Shown: in pieces, positions 63,431-64,000 of the stretch | Layout of the letters: each line of letters starts with the position of its first letter | Position numbering within the stretch: position 1 is the first letter of the stretch | Source: Octopus sinensis | Lineage: Eukaryota | Length of the DNA stretch: 64,000 nucleotides | Direction: 5' to 3' | Assembly: GCF_006345805.1 (NCBI RefSeq) | Contig: NC_043016.1 | Location: forward strand, 11,718,001-11,782,000 | The notes under the pieces: generated by a model | What the model was told of the DNA's origin: nothing | The model's input: the letters and a program-made list of their open reading frames with translations, nothing else | Database searches by the model: none | Made by a program: the position numbers and the translations under genes

Positions 63431-64000
63431 GTCTTGTGCCTGGTGAAAGCCATTAACTAAAAAATTTTTAAACAAATTATACAGCAGTCGTAAAGAGCAT
63501 ATCATCACAAAAACTTTTTAGGAGAAGGGTACAACTGAATAGAGTTGAGTGTGGTACAATAATGGGGATATAACAAATTTTTTTCTTTTTTGTATTTTTA
63601 TCAGCCCAAACAGATGGTTAGCAGGTTTTGAACTTGGGCTGTAGAAGGACAAAAAAAAGTTTAGTCTGATCCTCTACAGCTTCCGTTATGCCATTGCCTT
63701 TATTTTCCATAAGAGAAAGATATCTACTTTTTAGTGAGACAAAGGTTTTATGCCTTTTTTAAATTTTTGTGTTGGGGAGGAAAAAATTTCAACTTTAAAT
63801 ATATATGTGTGTATATATATATATATGTATATATAAAGTAATCTTTATATATCAAACAGCTTTAATCCAGCAATTACTTTAACTTTTTGAAGAACAGCAT
63901 TGATTTTAGAAAAGTTTTATTTACAAATGGTGGGGGGAGGGGAGAAGGTTAAAACACCCATACATGTGTGCAAAAGTGGACCTTCACTTGTACATTTGTG

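Overview
AT-rich, repeat-dense animal genomic DNA. Its SINE, RTE, piggyBac-MITE and (TA)n content points to a coleoid cephalopod (Octopus-like) genome; that assignment is inference. Bases 78-32595 (+) hold 16 phase-consistent GT-AG coding exons of a 5'-incomplete ZNF541/TRERF1/MIDEAS-family gene (C2H2 fingers, very long polyQ tracts, ELM2, SANT, C-terminal C2H2 fingers; the MiDAC HDAC1/2 scaffold family). Two frame lesions interrupt it: about 1 nt missing near 422, and a 205/206-nt tandem duplication at about 11010-11420. Both are most likely assembly artefacts. The remainder contains tRNA-derived SINEs, RTE and CR1 LINE relics, Tc1, mariner, piggyBac and hAT relics and MITEs, a Helitron-like element, a Crypton-like pair, a 2.2-kb (TA)n block and a 100-N gap (37901-38000). 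No coding gene can be supported beyond 33 kb. Most notable: several small palindromic elements in TA runs are centred on minimal hammerhead-ribozyme motifs (best copy on the minus strand, 42809-42749); SINE concatemers are bounded by a single TSD pair; and near-perfect long hairpins and a repeat tract complementary to the polyQ codons lie inside the pre-mRNA, making candidate ADAR substrates.
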